A DNA stretch of 63,017 nt, the filler included, from Bigelowiella natans CCMP2755 (lineage: Eukaryota; Protista; Cercozoa), in the NCBI GenBank assembly GCA_000320545.1. It is 7 parts of 7 records of this genome, joined end to end, with 100 filler letters (N's around TTAATTAATTAA, not from the genome) between each part and the next. Parts side by side here need not be neighbours in the genome. Positions count along the whole stretch, not along the records: positions 35,385 to 43,622 come from ADNK01001723.1; positions 43,723 to 56,550 come from ADNK01000812.1; 5 more parts are not named here. The stretch is one strand, 5' to 3'. Below the pieces are notes generated by a model, which was not told the DNA's origin, did no database searches, and saw only the letters and a list, made by a program, of their open reading frames with translations. Made by a program: the position numbers and the translations under genes. How positions within the stretch are numbered: position 1 is the stretch's first letter; each line of letters starts with the position of its first letter. This document shows, piece by piece, positions 40,475-53,900 of this stretch.

Positions 40475-42346
40475 TCACATCGTAACGTTAGCAGCGCCTA
40501 GAAATGCCTTGAAATTTGCTGCCCTGTTCTTCGAATAAGACCTTGCTCCCCAATCTAACCGAATTTCGACTGAGTAATACACGGCGCTAGTTGCGTTGGT
40601 TCTCTCGTCGCCGCAGCTTGTGTTGCTGCTCTTCCCTTCCTCCCCTGCCTTCCGTACCTCTTGAGCTTCCTGAGTGGGTGATGGTGGAGCAGGCAGCGCG
40701 TTGTGAGCAGTTGTCGCAGCGGCGGCGACGATAACACCAAAGCCGAACGCGGTTTCTACTCGCAGACCCTGAAAGACGGTCACGTCCTCCGCCTCCCCCC
40801 CCCTTCTCGTCACTGTGAGTGGGGGCGGGTCGAATTGCAGCAACAACGCCCCGTCCACGCAATCGCGAATGATCTCGAGCCCCGCACGGTGAGTGTCTGG
40901 AGTGCCCCCACGGACCACGTAACCCCTTTTCTCCGCAAACGCCTCGCAAATCATCTGCGGCGACCACTTGCTCTCGCCGCCGCCGCCGCCGCCGCCGCCC
41001 GCGTCTTCGTACCAATCCGGCTTCCTGAGCGAGTACATTGCGGGGACCGGCAGGCGCTCGGCGAGAAAACGCACCGCGGAGAACGTCTCTCGTATCTGCG
41101 CAATCGGGTACAGCCCCATGAGCTCTGTCAGGTGCCGGGGAACTGCTCTCGGGAAGACGAGGCCCGGGCAGTCGATGACGAAGGCGTTGCGAAGGCCGCA
41201 TCGATCCGCCACGGGGATGTGCTGGAGGTGTTTCGTGTGGCCTGCGGTGCGCGAGACGCTCGCCACTTTGCGGCCGACAAGGGCGTTCAGGAGAGAGGTC
41301 TTTCCGACGTTAGGGTGGCCGACCAGGCCTATGTGCAGCCTTCGCCTGCCTCGGCCCCCCTCTGCATCATCGCCATCGTCGCTATTCGAGGGGCTTTCGT
41401 GATTGCCCTCGAGGGTAGCAGGAGAGAAATCTTTTGCGGCATTCACGATCGAGCGCACGTGGGACTCCAGGTGCCTCGTAAGGACGTCTCGCCGAACGCG
41501 TTTGCGGAGGCTCTTCTTCCGGGAGAGGACGCCTCCCCTGCCACGCTGGTCGTCGTCAAGGAAAGGTTTTGAGCTAAACACCTCCACTGAAACCCCTGGG
41601 TATACTTTCTCGAGGTGTGCTCTCCATCTATGCACATGGCCCTCAGAAACAAGATCTGCTTTGCTGAGAACTATCACCACCCCCTTTCTCAGCTCCTCTC
41701 GAATGTGCCGGAGGAGCGAGGGGGGGAGGTGGAACGTTGGATACCGCACATCGGTTACTACCAGCACTACATGAGAGAACTCTATTACTCTCCATAACTG
41801 CCGCCAGACCTCGAGGTTGTGCTCAAATGGGGTGACGCCTCTGAAGTCGTTAGAACTGCTCGACGACGTGGACGAAGAGACTGCTCTCTCGATACGATCG
41901 CACCAGGCGGCAAACATAACCTCTTCTCGTCTCTCGACGGAGGATTTGCTTTCCCCTCTCGCCCACTTAGGCCGGGTGGGGTGGGAGAATATTTTGCTCT
42001 CGATCGAGAGGGACGGGTCGCCCGAGGGGGCGCGCTTCTTGTAGCAAGGATGCGAGATTATAGGCCTTGCCCCGAGTACTTTCCGCTTCTTCACGATATC
42101 ATCGTCTTCCCGCACGAAGTAGGTCGCCAACTTGGCGTCTGGTTTTTCCGCGCCGGCGCCGAAGGAAGTCACAATCTTGCGCCGAGCACGTTCCGAAGTC
42201 ACATTCCGAGAGGACGAACCAGGACTCTCGCCGCGACGTTTGTCCCGGCGCGCTAGCGCTTCCTCTTGTTGCTTCTTCTTCTGCTGCCTCTTTTGCTTCA
42301 TCTTTTCGCGCCGTTGCTTCCCACTCGCGGGCTTCTTCCGCGCCAT
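40475..42346 (-). CDS. GNL1: GNL1-like circularly permuted GTPase (YlqF/YawG family), single ORF of 623 aa
   Basis: MARKKPASGKQRREKM, FEHNLEVWRQLWRV, G4 SKAD before G1 GHPNVGKTS, G2 SRTAGHTKH, G3 DCPG, LMGLYPIAQIRE. Confidence 0.9.
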   Translation of the reverse strand: MARKKPASGKQRREKMKQKRQQKKKQQEEALARRDKRRGESPGSSSRNVTSERARRKIVTSFGAGAEKPDAKLATYFVREDDDIVKKRKVLGARPIISHPCYKKRAPSGDPSLSIESKIFSHPTRPKWARGESKSSVERREEVMFAAWCDRIERAVSSSTSSSSSNDFRGVTPFEHNLEVWRQLWRVIEFSHVVLVVTDVRYPTFHLPPSLLRHIREELRKGVVIVLSKADLVSEGHVHRWRAHLEKVYPGVSVEVFSSKPFLDDDQRGRGGVLSRKKSLRKRVRRDVLTRHLESHVRSIVNAAKDFSPATLEGNHESPSNSDDGDDAEGGRGRRRLHIGLVGHPNVGKTSLLNALVGRKVASVSRTAGHTKHLQHIPVADRCGLRNAFVIDCPGLVFPRAVPRHLTELMGLYPIAQIRETFSAVRFLAERLPVPAMYSLRKPDWYEDAGGGGGGGGESKWSPQMICEAFAEKRGYVVRGGTPDTHRAGLEIIRDCVDGALLLQFDPPPLTVTRRGGEAEDVTVFQGLRVETAFGFGVIVAAAATTAHNALPAPPSPTQEAQEVRKAGEEGKSSNTSCGDERTNATSAVYYSVEIRLDWGARSYSKNRAANFKAFLGAANVTM

Positions 42347-42391
42347 TCTTTCTTGATTCCGGAAAGAGAATGGGTGGGGCGAGGGTATTGT

Positions 42392-42427
<36 letters not shown>

Positions 42428-42899
42428 GTAAGTGTTGTTGTAAGTCTAATGAATTCTTTTGGTAATATGATGCACGATTTCTATACCAAATTCTCATCTC
42501 AGCGTGTTTTCCCATTGAAGCCACCACCTCATATCACCAGTGAATCTTGCATTGCTCTCCGACTTCTAACACAACTCGGCCAAAACAGAAACTCACAATC
42601 TATCCGTCCGGTTTCGGCGCTTCTCAATCATTATATGTCATAATTACGTTTAAAACGGTTTCATAAAAAACCTAGATTTTCCTTTCAATATAACACATGA
42701 AACAACACTTTTTTTGGCGACCAACAAACTGTGCCAACGATGTGTTGGCTCCCTGCCAGACGTTGATCAGAGAAATCGTCGACTACAAAGACAATGTGCG
42801 ACTTCCGAAAGGAACTTAGGCAATATTTAGTGCTTATAACATCCAGAGAAAAAATAAACTTTTGAAAAATCATTCAAGTGCTCAAGCGCACATCGAAGC

Positions 42900-43540
42900 G
42901 CATGGATCCCCGATTCGGCACCTGTCATCGAGAAATTGACCTGGGAAGACGTCCTCGTCTATGGCCCCGAGAACAACGATAAGATACTCACACTGCGACA
43001 AAGGTTGTAGCAAAATTCGAAAAAAAATAGCATGTATTTTAGATATATGCTCCTAGAACCGAATTATCTTCAGTCTTACCAAAAATGACGTCGACCGTTA
43101 GGGGCAGGAGCCTTGATCTCCCCAGAGGTCCCTCCCTATGGGTTCAGTGGAAGGGGGAATCCTGCTTATCTTTCCACCGCCAGCTTTCGAGATGGCAGTA
43201 GAAGCGTATTTTCTTTCGAATGAGGGATTTCATAAAAACGCCATTCTCCAAAATTTTATCCGAGCAGCAACGTATCTCCAAGCTTCTCTTGCAATTGTGC
43301 TTGGAGAGACCTTGCGGCTCTTTTCGGATTGGCGTTGAATACATTGCATGAAAGCCCATGTATCGCTTCGTGGGTACATGTGCCCCATACTGCCCCCCCC
43401 CCCCCCCCCCCGCCAAAAAAAAAGTTTACTGTTTAAAATATTTTTCTTTTTAGACGAGGACCTAGACCCAACATTACGTGGGAGGCTTTCGGCATTTCTG
43501 AAGGAATTAAAGCACAAGGAATTCAAACAGCCCGTCACTG
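42900..43540 (+). CDS. Possible exons of a hypothetical protein running into the gap
   Basis: Protein-like stretches (PVIEKLTWEDVLVYGPE; AVEAYFLSNEGFHKNAILQNFIRAA; DEDLDPTLRGRLSAFLKELK) with plausible splice sites; no family recognised. Confidence 0.3.
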
Positions 43541-43622
43541 GTTGGTTGGTTAACTCCCATGCCTACCGCTTCGCGTCCTCTCTCCCCCCCTCTTGGTTTC
43601 CGGTTTCTCCGTTAACAGCATT

Positions 43623-43722
43623 NNNNNNNNNNNNNNNNNNNNNNNNNNNNNNNNNNNNNNNNNNNNTTAATTAATTAANNNNNNNNNNNNNNNNNNNNNN
43701 NNNNNNNNNNNNNNNNNNNNNN
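43623..43722. other. Assembly gap spacer
   Basis: N run with linker. Confidence 0.98.
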
Positions 43723-43842
43723 CAGCAAACCTCCACTGGTGATGGGGGGTGGGGGGAACGTACAATTCTGCCGATAAAAAGCGACGACACCGACGTTAGG
43801 GAGGTAAACACACAACATATTCCATGCAACATGCACACAGCG

Positions 43843-45310
43843 TTATTTCCACACAACACGCACGGCGACGGCGATATCACCCCAGCAGTAAAGGGCCCCC
43901 CCAGTAGTGACGGCGGCAGTGTGCGCCCGCCCCCCCGCGAGATACTTGACGGGAGGCAGATGTGCCGGGGTAAGGAGGGTGGGGAAGGGCCGGTCGACCT
44001 TCGCCTCACCGTTACCCAGCTGCCCGTAGTCGTTGGAGCCCCACGACCAAGCCCTCCCTGAAGCATCCACACACATCGAATGGTCATGCCCGCACGCAAC
44101 GCTCACGACGCGAGACTCCGAGAGCGACTTCACGCGTCGCGGAGTGAGCTGTGGCGTGTCCTTCCCGTCGCCGTACCCGAGGCCGCACACCGGCTTGTTA
44201 CCGGCCACAGAGCCGCCCCACGCGTACAGCGCACCCTTCGAGTCGGCTGCGAGCGCGTGGAACCACCCGCAGGAGAACGACACGATGTTGGGGGAGAACG
44301 ACGAGGGGGGGGAGGGAGATGCGGTGGAGCCCGTTGCGGCCGCCTTCTTCTTGGACGAGGAAGACGACGACTTGGCCTTGCAATTGGAGAAATCGACGGC
44401 CTTGAGTGCTGAGGAGTCCGCGGTGGTGCCGATTCCTAGCTGCCCCTTGTTGTTCTTGCCGAACGAGTACAGCGTGCGACGACGGCCCTCCAACAAGGCC
44501 AGCGTAAAATTGAACCCACACGCCACATCTGCTGCTCGGAGCCCTTCAGGTAGGGCAACCTGGTATGAGAAAAGAAAGAGGAGAACAAGAAGAAGAAGAT
44601 GAAGATGATGATGATGATGATAATGCTTTTCGAGTCATTGGTGCTACGAGAAAGATGAGAACGAGCAGGGGGGGGGGATAGACATGAGATGCAGGGGATT
44701 ATAGCGGGGAATGTGAGTACGCGCGTGGGTAAGTAAATAAGAAGACGAAGGAGGAGAGTAGTATTATCAGCAAGGAAGAGACTCTCGACCACCTTCCTCG
44801 GAGTCGCCGCTGTCATTTGCGCTGATGCAGCGTTCATAAGATTCACGTTGCCCCAGACGAACAGCTCACCGCCGCTGCTGACAGCGGCAGAGAAGGCGCT
44901 CCCGCAGCCGACTGCCACGAAGCAGTGCCGGGGCAGGTTCAGCCGCTGCGGAACGCTTAAGCTCTTGCTCAGCTTCGGGCCCAGGACGCCCTGCGCGGCA
45001 TCGCCCCAGCCATACACGCAGCCATCCTCGCCGATTGCAAGGCCGTGCTTGTGCATGGACCCTTTGCAGATCGAGGTGAAGGCGGCAACGGATGCTGCAG
45101 CCGCCACCGCCGCTGCTCCCGCATGCCCCTTGCTCCCGCCGCTCGTATCAGCAGTGGGTTTGCTGCCGCTGTTGATGTCACCCCTGCCCGTGGCCGAATT
45201 AACCGTGGCGGCGGCGGCGGCGGCGGCGGTGGTGTTAGAGGCGGTGGCAGCAGCCACGGAGAGCGTAGTTTTAGGGTCGGGGATCCCACCCGCATTGCTA
45301 TTGTTATGAG

Positions 45311-45341
<31 letters not shown>

Positions 45342-46362
45342 TGCAGCTGGCGCCGGGTGGACGACGTGGCCACGGCGGCTGACGGCAGCCTTCGCATCGA
45401 GTTTTCCCCACACCTTTAGGTTTCCTCGTTGTTTCATGGGCCGGGCGCGCAGCAGCGAGGCGCGGAGATTGGTCGTCGGTAGCGAGAGGTGGAGCTGAAA
45501 CCCGCCCCCTCCATGCTCTTTGGGAAGGGAGATGACCTTCGAGTCCTCGGCACTGCCGCTGCCGCCTCCTCCCAGGATGCTGCCGCTGGCGTTGTAGCGA
45601 GTAATAGTGAGGGTGTGCGCCTCAACGTCCAGCTCGACGAGGGCCACGACGACCGCTGCTTCCTCGTCGCTCTTGATGGTCATCGCGTGCACCTTGGCGT
45701 CGCCGTCGTCATCCTCCGCGGATTGGACCTCCACCACCCCCACCGATGCCTCGAATTTATGCGTGCTATTGCTGCTGCTGAGATGGTGGCGAAGGTTGGT
45801 GTTCGCACTCTTTTCGAAGCGAACCCTCCACGTAAATTTGCCGGTGGTCACGAGCTGGTTGCCGCGGACCAAGGCAGCAGCAGCAGCAGCGCTACTCGCA
45901 GCAGCAGCGCCGTATAATTGCTGGTGAACGTTCGGTCGGACAGTCACAGAGCGCTTGCCCTCAGCGACCAACGCCCTATTTGAGCTGATGCTAAGGCTCC
46001 GTAACGTGTCGATGTATGAAGAGGAGGAGGAGGAGGAGGAGGAGGAGGAGGAGGAACCTGCCGCATGAGCGGCAGTAGCAGCATGTTTGCCGTCACCGCT
46101 GCTCCCTGGATGTGACAAATTGCGAGAGGGCAGCAGGGAGATTTCTAGTAGCGCTTGCACTCCGAGGGTGTCGATCGGCAGTCCCGCGAGGTCCACCAGC
46201 TCGTAGTTGTTGTTGCGGCAGAGGATCGTGTGGCAGATGCGCACCAGCAGGCGCGCGCTTCCGCGAGAGACGCCGAGTTGCAGGAGCATGGAGCCCACCG
46301 CCGACAGCATCGACTTGTTCGAGGTCGAAGGCAGCGCTATCTCGCCCTGTGATGATGGTTTA

Positions 46363-46435
<73 letters not shown>

Positions 46436-46698
46436 TGGGGGGGGGGGGGACCATCATTTGTTATACTACTGGTACTACTGCTGCAATTGGTACAATTACT
46501 TGAAAGACTCTGCAGAGAAAGTCTTCGATCTCGTCAAACAAGCCCGTTCTGTCCTTATTGTACGCCTTATCCCTGCCAGGGTTTGAAAAGAGGAGAGGTT
46601 GAAGAAATAGATGGTGATAGTTGCGACGAATGAAGGCGGGGCGGGAGAAGGAAATTAGCTAATTATTGAGACCGACACGCGCGCGCACACACACGCAC

Positions 46699-46740
<42 letters not shown>

Positions 46741-48085
46741 AAGCTTCCAATAGAACATATTCAAACCCTCTCTCGAATTTAATACTCTTACTTTTTTAAC
46801 AGCCCAGGCAGCTCCGCCATGATCTTCTTCAAGGGTGTCATCGCCACCTGCAGCGCCACAATCACATGCTCGGGGCCCGCCGCCTCCGCAGCCTAGTGAG
46901 TTAGATAGAGTAAATGATGATGATAAGGAGGAGGAGGGGAGGAGGAGGAGGAGCATGCCGTATCACAATTAACATGTGGTATCCCAGAGGGGGAGAGTGA
47001 ATATGGGAGGGGGGGGGAAGAAAGGAGGAGAGTACTACTACTTTGAGCATCTGCAGAGCCATCTCGACAGCCATCCGCGTCTCTATTGGGCGCTTTATCA
47101 GGTTTTTCCGCTGGCTAAGAGGTATTTTCAGGAAGGAGGGGAAGGAGAGCACATGGTCGCAACGCAGAGCAAGGGATCAAGATCAAAGCATTAAAACCAT
47201 CTCATTATCCGTAGCAGCAGTAGCAGTAGTAATAGTAGTAACATCTGTGTGTCGGAAAACGAAGGCAGTACTCGTTCTGAGCCCTCTTAAGGAGCTGTTG
47301 CTTGACAGAAGCCCATCTTATGTCGCCAACTTTGGCTAGTTGTCGCTTCCTCACGATCACAGACCGAGATCTGATATTTGGGGAGAGGGGGGGGGGGAGG
47401 GGGGAAGGGGGAGAAAGAGAATGAAGTATCGGTACGGAAGCTGGGGTGGGAACTGGAATTAAAGCTTTGAGTGAAGCGTTTGCACGAAATGAGATAAAAA
47501 AAATGAACGAGTGATAAAAAAATGAACGAGTCTTACTTTTGCAGTTTGGTCAAAACCTCGCCGAGCGCGGCCTGCCCCTACACGGAGGGAAAGAAGAGAA
47601 GGGAGGAAGATAACTCTAGCTCAGAGGATGGAAGCATGAGTATATATGGTGGGGAAAAGGAGACGGGATTTTACAGCTCTATGCCGTAGTATGTATGTAG
47701 CAAGAAATCATCGTTCTGTGTTTGGATCCAATCATAACAGGTGATAAATAATATATCTTCTTCTTCTTCTTCTTCTTCTTCTTCTTGTTGTTGCTGCTGT
47801 GAGACTCCCTCGACACTCTCGTGCCCGTAGCAGAGAAAAGTATGAATTACCATCTGCAGGATAGTGTCCGCAGAGTCCGAGGAGGAGCTGTCCAATTTCA
47901 CAATCTTCTCGCAGAGCCGCCGCGGGAGCGCTTGCAGTTCTTTCTTCCGCTCCTCCTTCGACATGGAAATTTAATGTAGGTGAGCGTTGTTCCCCGCGGA
48001 CGGCTTCATGTTTTTTGCTCGAAGATTTAACGAATTTGCGGGTGATAAAGATGAATTCTATACGCAAATGTCGAAGACTCGTGCA

Positions 48086-48129
<44 letters not shown>

Positions 48130-48429
48130 CCCCCCCCCCACCTCAAGCATCTTCGAAGTCTTTCCGATGGACTTGTGGGTGGAGGACATATCCTCGGAAT
48201 AGAGCTGAAGCTTCGCACGATCTACTAAATAATTTTCAAAGCGAAGGGGAACAAAGCAAAAGTTGAGGGTAGGGATATAAAATCGGGATGCGACGTGCTC
48301 ATAGAACGGATGGTATGGCTATTGAGATCTGGATGCCGAAGACTGATGCTCACCTTCCTTCGAATCCATAGATTTGTTGAGAGATATTTTGTTACTTTTC
48401 AGCAAGGCCCCAAGATAGCTCGGCTGTAG

Positions 48430-48463
<34 letters not shown>

Positions 48464-49079
48464 GCACACACATAACCAATACATTTTCATTTTCTGCCCA
48501 AATTTTCGGCATTAAAATCGGAAAATTGTATCCTGAGATACTGCGAGCGGTCGCATTACAGCTGCATTATCATCGTTAATATTTGCTTTCCCGCACATCA
48601 AAAGCTGCACATGCCGAATCATCACGAAGTCTGGGATTCTTCTTCCTATCTTCTTTTGTCACGTCTTATTTTCCACCTCGAGAAGCTTTGCGAGATCAAT
48701 GGCACCAGTTTCAGGGGCTGCTGACGGTGGTGCTGGAGGTATTCTTTTCCGAGAGGAACGAGAAGCCTTCGAATATTTAGCCTTCGCATAATTTTTAATC
48801 GTGGACATCTTAGGCTGAATGCCGATGGGATCGAAAGCAGCCGCTTCCGTAAATAATTGGTCGTAGGGGTCCTCGTATAGCATTCTGCATAGAACGGAAG
48901 AAGGATAAATGTGCAGAGGGATTACATGGAAGAGGGGCATCCACAGTCAAGCGGATTTTGCGCGTGGACGGGTTTAGAGAGAAGGAAGTGAGGAAAAGAA
49001 GGTGCTACAAATGCATTGGAAGCAATTTGCGTTCTTGTGGAAAGGGCCAATCAGGCGACTCGGCTTGCCCAAAATCCAT
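43843..49079 (-). CDS. Large multi-exon protein with LRR-like and SPRY-like segments and an RCC1 repeat propeller; 3' end lost in gap, 5' exons tentative
   Basis: RCC1 units HGLAIGEDGCVYGWG..GVLG, CGSAFSAAVSSGGELFVWG, CGFNFTLAL..SFGKNNKGQLG, CGWFHALA..YAWG, CGHDHSMCV..WGSNDYGQLG, GGRAHTAAV..YCWG; SPRY-like VRGNQLVTTGKFTWRVRF..VELDVEAHTLTI. Confidence 0.8.
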
Positions 49080-49280
49080 CCCTCTTCCCTTCACGCTCGC
49101 TTTGATCGAGCCCCCAAGCCCACCCAATTCCCCAGCCTCCCTACCTTGAGATGCCCCTTTCCTCGAGGGCCCTGGTTTTGATGTGCTAATCCTTGAAGCA
49201 GCGATGTGCTGCGACGTCATATCACAGGCAATTTCAGTAGAGCGACAACCAACTAGTGCCTCTACTCAAACTACAATCGC

Positions 49281-50580
49281 CTGGGTCCAGATTTTTCCGA
49301 GCACATTCGCTGCAACCAAAAAGCGCTGCGAAATCGGAAAAAGAGTGGGCGCGGTTTTGGAGATTTTGGGCCGGGTTGAGCCTTGCCGCGTGTTCAAAAC
49401 GGCATTCGTTTGCGCAAACAGACCGGTTCTGTCGCGCCGCGGCTGGAGGTGCTCTGGTCGTCTTCGCATTTGGCGCATGCAGCGATGCAGACTGTTCAAC
49501 TGACCTTGCTAGCTTGCATGAAACAATTTTTCTTCTTCTTCATCTTCTTCTTGTCTACGGAAGATCATGGGAGTCGTGGGGTGCTGTGCTGGCACCCTCG
49601 AGAGCACCAACACTGCCACGACCCGGGTTTGATCTTTGCCGCACGAGTGGCACAACACCCCTCAGATGATCCAATCGTAGATCGTCATGTGGACATGGCC
49701 TTCAGGAAGTTTTTGCTCAGAGTGGAGGTCTTGCGCCGTCAGAATTTTGCTGCTAATGTCATTGCTTCTCAATGACCAAGTCATGCCATTTTGGCAAACC
49801 AGCCAGTTGATTTGCTGGTCACAGTCCTCACTGAAACCAGTTCGAGGCACTGCATTTTGCACGCTGCAAGTGTCTTGCAACACTTTGGAAATGTAGTTTT
49901 TCATCATTGTTTCATTGTTTCCTGTTGAAGGAAGTCCCGTGACGAATGACTTCCAGGAAGAGACTGCCAGATGAACCAAAGCGCCAAGGATCTTGCGCAC
50001 CCGAAGAAATGGCAAACACATTGGCAGGGTTCGAAGTTGGTGGAGTTTGTTTTGTCACCCCAAACAAGTGAGCAGTCCTTGCAACGACTGTTGTTGAGGC
50101 TCTGCTGCATGCAAACGCCTGTCTCCCATTGTGGTTCTGGCGCATGTGGATTTGACTTCAACGCTTTCTTCATTGTTCATTGTTCATTGAGCAGGTGCAC
50201 GCTTGACCACGTTCATTTCACAACAACCATGGCACTGCACGTTCTGCTTGCTTTTGATCCGATGAACTTGACAAGAAGCATTGATCAAAATTTGGCATTC
50301 AGCACGATTTGTCGACAACGTGCTGTGCTGAAATCTGACTGAGAAGAAGAGAACACGTTTGTTTCCGAGTTGGCGTGTGATTCACGTCACTTTTGTCGTG
50401 ATTCACATGGTGTGCTAATGTGTGCAACGTGACCATGACTGCCTTGAGCAATGTGCGTGAGGAATTGTCTTTGACCATGCAGTGGGAGTTGTTTGTGATG
50501 GAAGTGCATCAATTTTCATCAAGGTGTGGCTGTGAGGCGTGCAATCCTTCGCAGCCTTTTGCGCAGAATGTGGGTGGATG
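49281..50580. mobile_element. Degenerate repeat-derived, TpA-depleted island
   Basis: 6 TA in 1,300 bp by manual scan; contains the inverted homolog of 4668-4892. Confidence 0.6.
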
Positions 50581-50986
50581 AGATTCACATAAACGGACAT
50601 CTTTGTGTGTCAGATCAAAGCATCACACAATACACTTGCTTGGAGTCTGAGGTTCGTAAGATCCCAGAAATTGAGGGAGACTTTGCTTCGCACTGTCAAG
50701 TCAAAACTGTGAATCGTTCACATTTCTGAACGGGCAACATGCTTCATCAGTGCCCAGCTTTCCTGGCATATCTAGACACATTGCAGCGGAATCTGGTGGA
50801 AATCGTCACAGCGCAGAAATTTTTCATCTGCGATGCGAAAAGCTAGTATCCACATGGCATTCCATGCACAGCTTCTTGTTTTCTATGCTTTGATGTACAC
50901 TCAATTACATCATTTCGTAATCCGAATCATCTATTTCTACCGCTGATCCCAGGCTGGTACCTTTGCCTGACAGAGCCAGGTCCCGA

Positions 50987-53900
50987 TTATTCATCTGTGA
51001 GAATCGCAAACAAACAATTTGAGTGGTGTGATGTGGGCTCTCTATGCTCGAAAGGTCGAATCAGATAATCTACAGGGCATATGGGCGGGTCAGTACTAAG
51101 GGTGAATATTGTTACAAGGAATTGTATTTCTGATGCCTCCCTAAAGCATTGATCAGATCTAACTAATAGGAGGAATACAAAGAGATCTTCTTCTCTCTGC
51201 TCCCCCTCCTTGTTCTGCTTCCCCATTGCTTTCATCTCTTTACTAAGATGACATACTTTTCCGTGTTTTTAGGTGGGCGGCCAGAATGGGTCATGCGCTC
51301 GTCGATTACTCCGTCTTTGAAGGAAGGGAAGAACACCAGGGCGCATCCCTGATGACAACCCCACCAAATAATCAATGAATCCCAATACTGTGAATCAATT
51401 ACCACCCACTCCACAGACTGAAGTTGGAAAACTTCTAGATGGAATTAAATCATTAACATGGTAAGAAATTCCGTGCATGATGAAGTAGAATATTTAACGA
51501 TAGAAACAGGTATGAGAGAAACAAGATCGGTGACCATGCTACTCATGAGAAACCCTAACCATCGACACGGTTCGGCAAGTCGATAACGAGGGGGTGGACC
51601 TTTTCGGGGGTAACTTCCAAGCCTCCCAGCTCCTTATCGTGAAAAGCCTAATGGGGAACCAAATATAGAGCCAGGAGGAGGGCAACGGAGCCCATTAAAA
51701 ATACTATAAATGCATGAAGGTGACGGGGCGGCTGAGGAACGAAACGAACCGTTTGCCCTTCCTGATCCTCAGATAGCGAATTGAGGTAAACAATACATTG
51801 GGCCAGACGCTGAGGATGGATGGTGGGTGGTGGAGAGGTATTCAGGCTTCAGGTACATATACATATGGTAAGCTCACCAAGGAATGATAGACTACAAAAT
51901 ATGATACCTGCCCCCCATTTGCTAGAAATTCTTCCAGACCGTCGGGATCACCCTTATCACCATATGCATACATTAATGTGCGCAAAAGTATTAGAAAGTC
52001 GATCATTGTCTTTCCAGGTTCACACTCTCCCTTGTTCTCCTCTCTTTCTGTTTCTGCGGTGGTGTATAGTGCATTAGCTGGTACTGGCGGGCGGGCGTCG
52101 GTGTGAATGCGCTGGAACTCGCCACTTGAGTACCGCGTCACAGTTGGCCTAGAGACATCAATATAAAAAAAAACTCAAAGAGAGGGCAGAAGAAGCGGGA
52201 GGACGAAAGGTGCGCGAAATTACTTGGCGCACTTTACCACCACAGCTCCTGCTCTCTTCCTCCTCCTCCTCCTCCTCCTCCTCCTCCTCCTCTTACGACA
52301 TACGGCTCTGAGCGCGCAGGTCATTACCTTTCCAATTGATGTTTATCATCGGGGATTTGCAAGAGCTTCGAAGTGCGGTTCAGAAATTCGGAGTAAGCAA
52401 CAGCCGCCGCAGCGGCCGGACCTTCCTCCTCCTCTCCCCTGCTTTGCGATAACCTATCCAAGCTATCTAGAAATGGCCGGAGCAGGGGAAGGCAAAGCAG
52501 AGGGGTGTCAGAAGTGATAACGTGATGAATAATTGAGAGATGTGAAAAACGGGATGGGAAGCATCATAGTTATCAATAGCACGTTGCGTCACCGTCCTAA
52601 TCTTTACCACCATTATTGCCTCGTGGACACGAAGAGAACTAGTTTTAAACAAACCCCTCTTCTAACACCTCTGCTACCAAGGATGTTAATTGCCCGCTGT
52701 ATTAGCTGATATTGCTTGTATAACCTACTGACCTGTGGCCCATTTCGTTCCCGTGAACACTGCTCCTCCGCCTAAGCGATTCAGCGCTTGTTCGATCGAC
52801 CACGGGATGACCTAACGACAGAAATGACAATGATATCGACGATGGAACTTTCATCAGCCTCAATCAGGTAGGAGAGAGGATTTCTTCCTCGTTTGTGCGT
52901 AAACATGCCTTAAAACTAAGGGTTCTAAATTTGCTGAAAATAACACCAAAGAAAATGAAAAGAAGGGATGGTAGTGATGGTAGCTATGAACCTTTAGAAG
53001 TCCCAGCATTGCAGCTGCAGCTATGGTGACACTCTCAGCGACCTTAATAGCCGTGTCCGGCATATCAGCGCCGTTTTCAAGGCCTTTAATAATGCTTGGG
53101 ATCGCGGATGTGAGGCAGAGAAAGGGAAGGGGTCGCAGCTTTTCGCTGATAAACACAACATCACAGTGTCTATCCATCACAGTGTCTATTATTGGTCAGT
53201 AGAAATTGTGTGCGACATTAATACAGCCGTCGATTTGCAAAGATACAACAGGGTGTGGTGGGTGAAGAGACAGCAGTGCCTCCCGACTGAAACTTGACGG
53301 AGAAAGGAGCTTGAACCTACCGATCCAGAAGAACGAAGCTGCCGCTATACTCAACTCTCCGGAGTACTTCCTTCTCGGCCGCAGTCCGTAGTGCATCGCA
53401 TTCGTCAGAGGAGAGGAAATCATGAACCTTTTGCCACGATCGAAAATGTATCAACCCAACTGTTGCGATGATTATGCAATGACACTCATATTAAGCTCCG
53501 AATTAGATTGACCAGAAACACAGGGGGTTCCTCGCTCAGCATCTCAATGCCTGGGAAGCAGGTATCGAAGGGAGGATATCGTGCTAAGTTTGCATCCACG
53601 CCTTCATCGCACCTGGAATCGAGAGGAACTCGATCGGACACTTGTGGGTCGATCGAAACAGGGATGCTCATCGTTCGACCAGGCTGAGAAGAGGGGGGGG
53701 CGAGAAGGAAAACTAAAGGCTGCAATCCAAAGTAGTAATGAATAATGAACACGAAAGCCATTGCCAAGTAACACGTGTCGCCTTGCAAATTGTGTGATGA
53801 AAGTCTTCGCTACCGAAGATGCTCTTAAATGTAACTACCTTCATCAGTTGTTGCCCTACTTTTCTCCTCCTGTTAGCACCAGAGGCTAGAATTCGGGACA

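Noticed and set aside
40587-42527. Long overlapping ORFs on alternative frames of GNL1
   Set aside because: GC-rich shadow frames of a well-supported gene.
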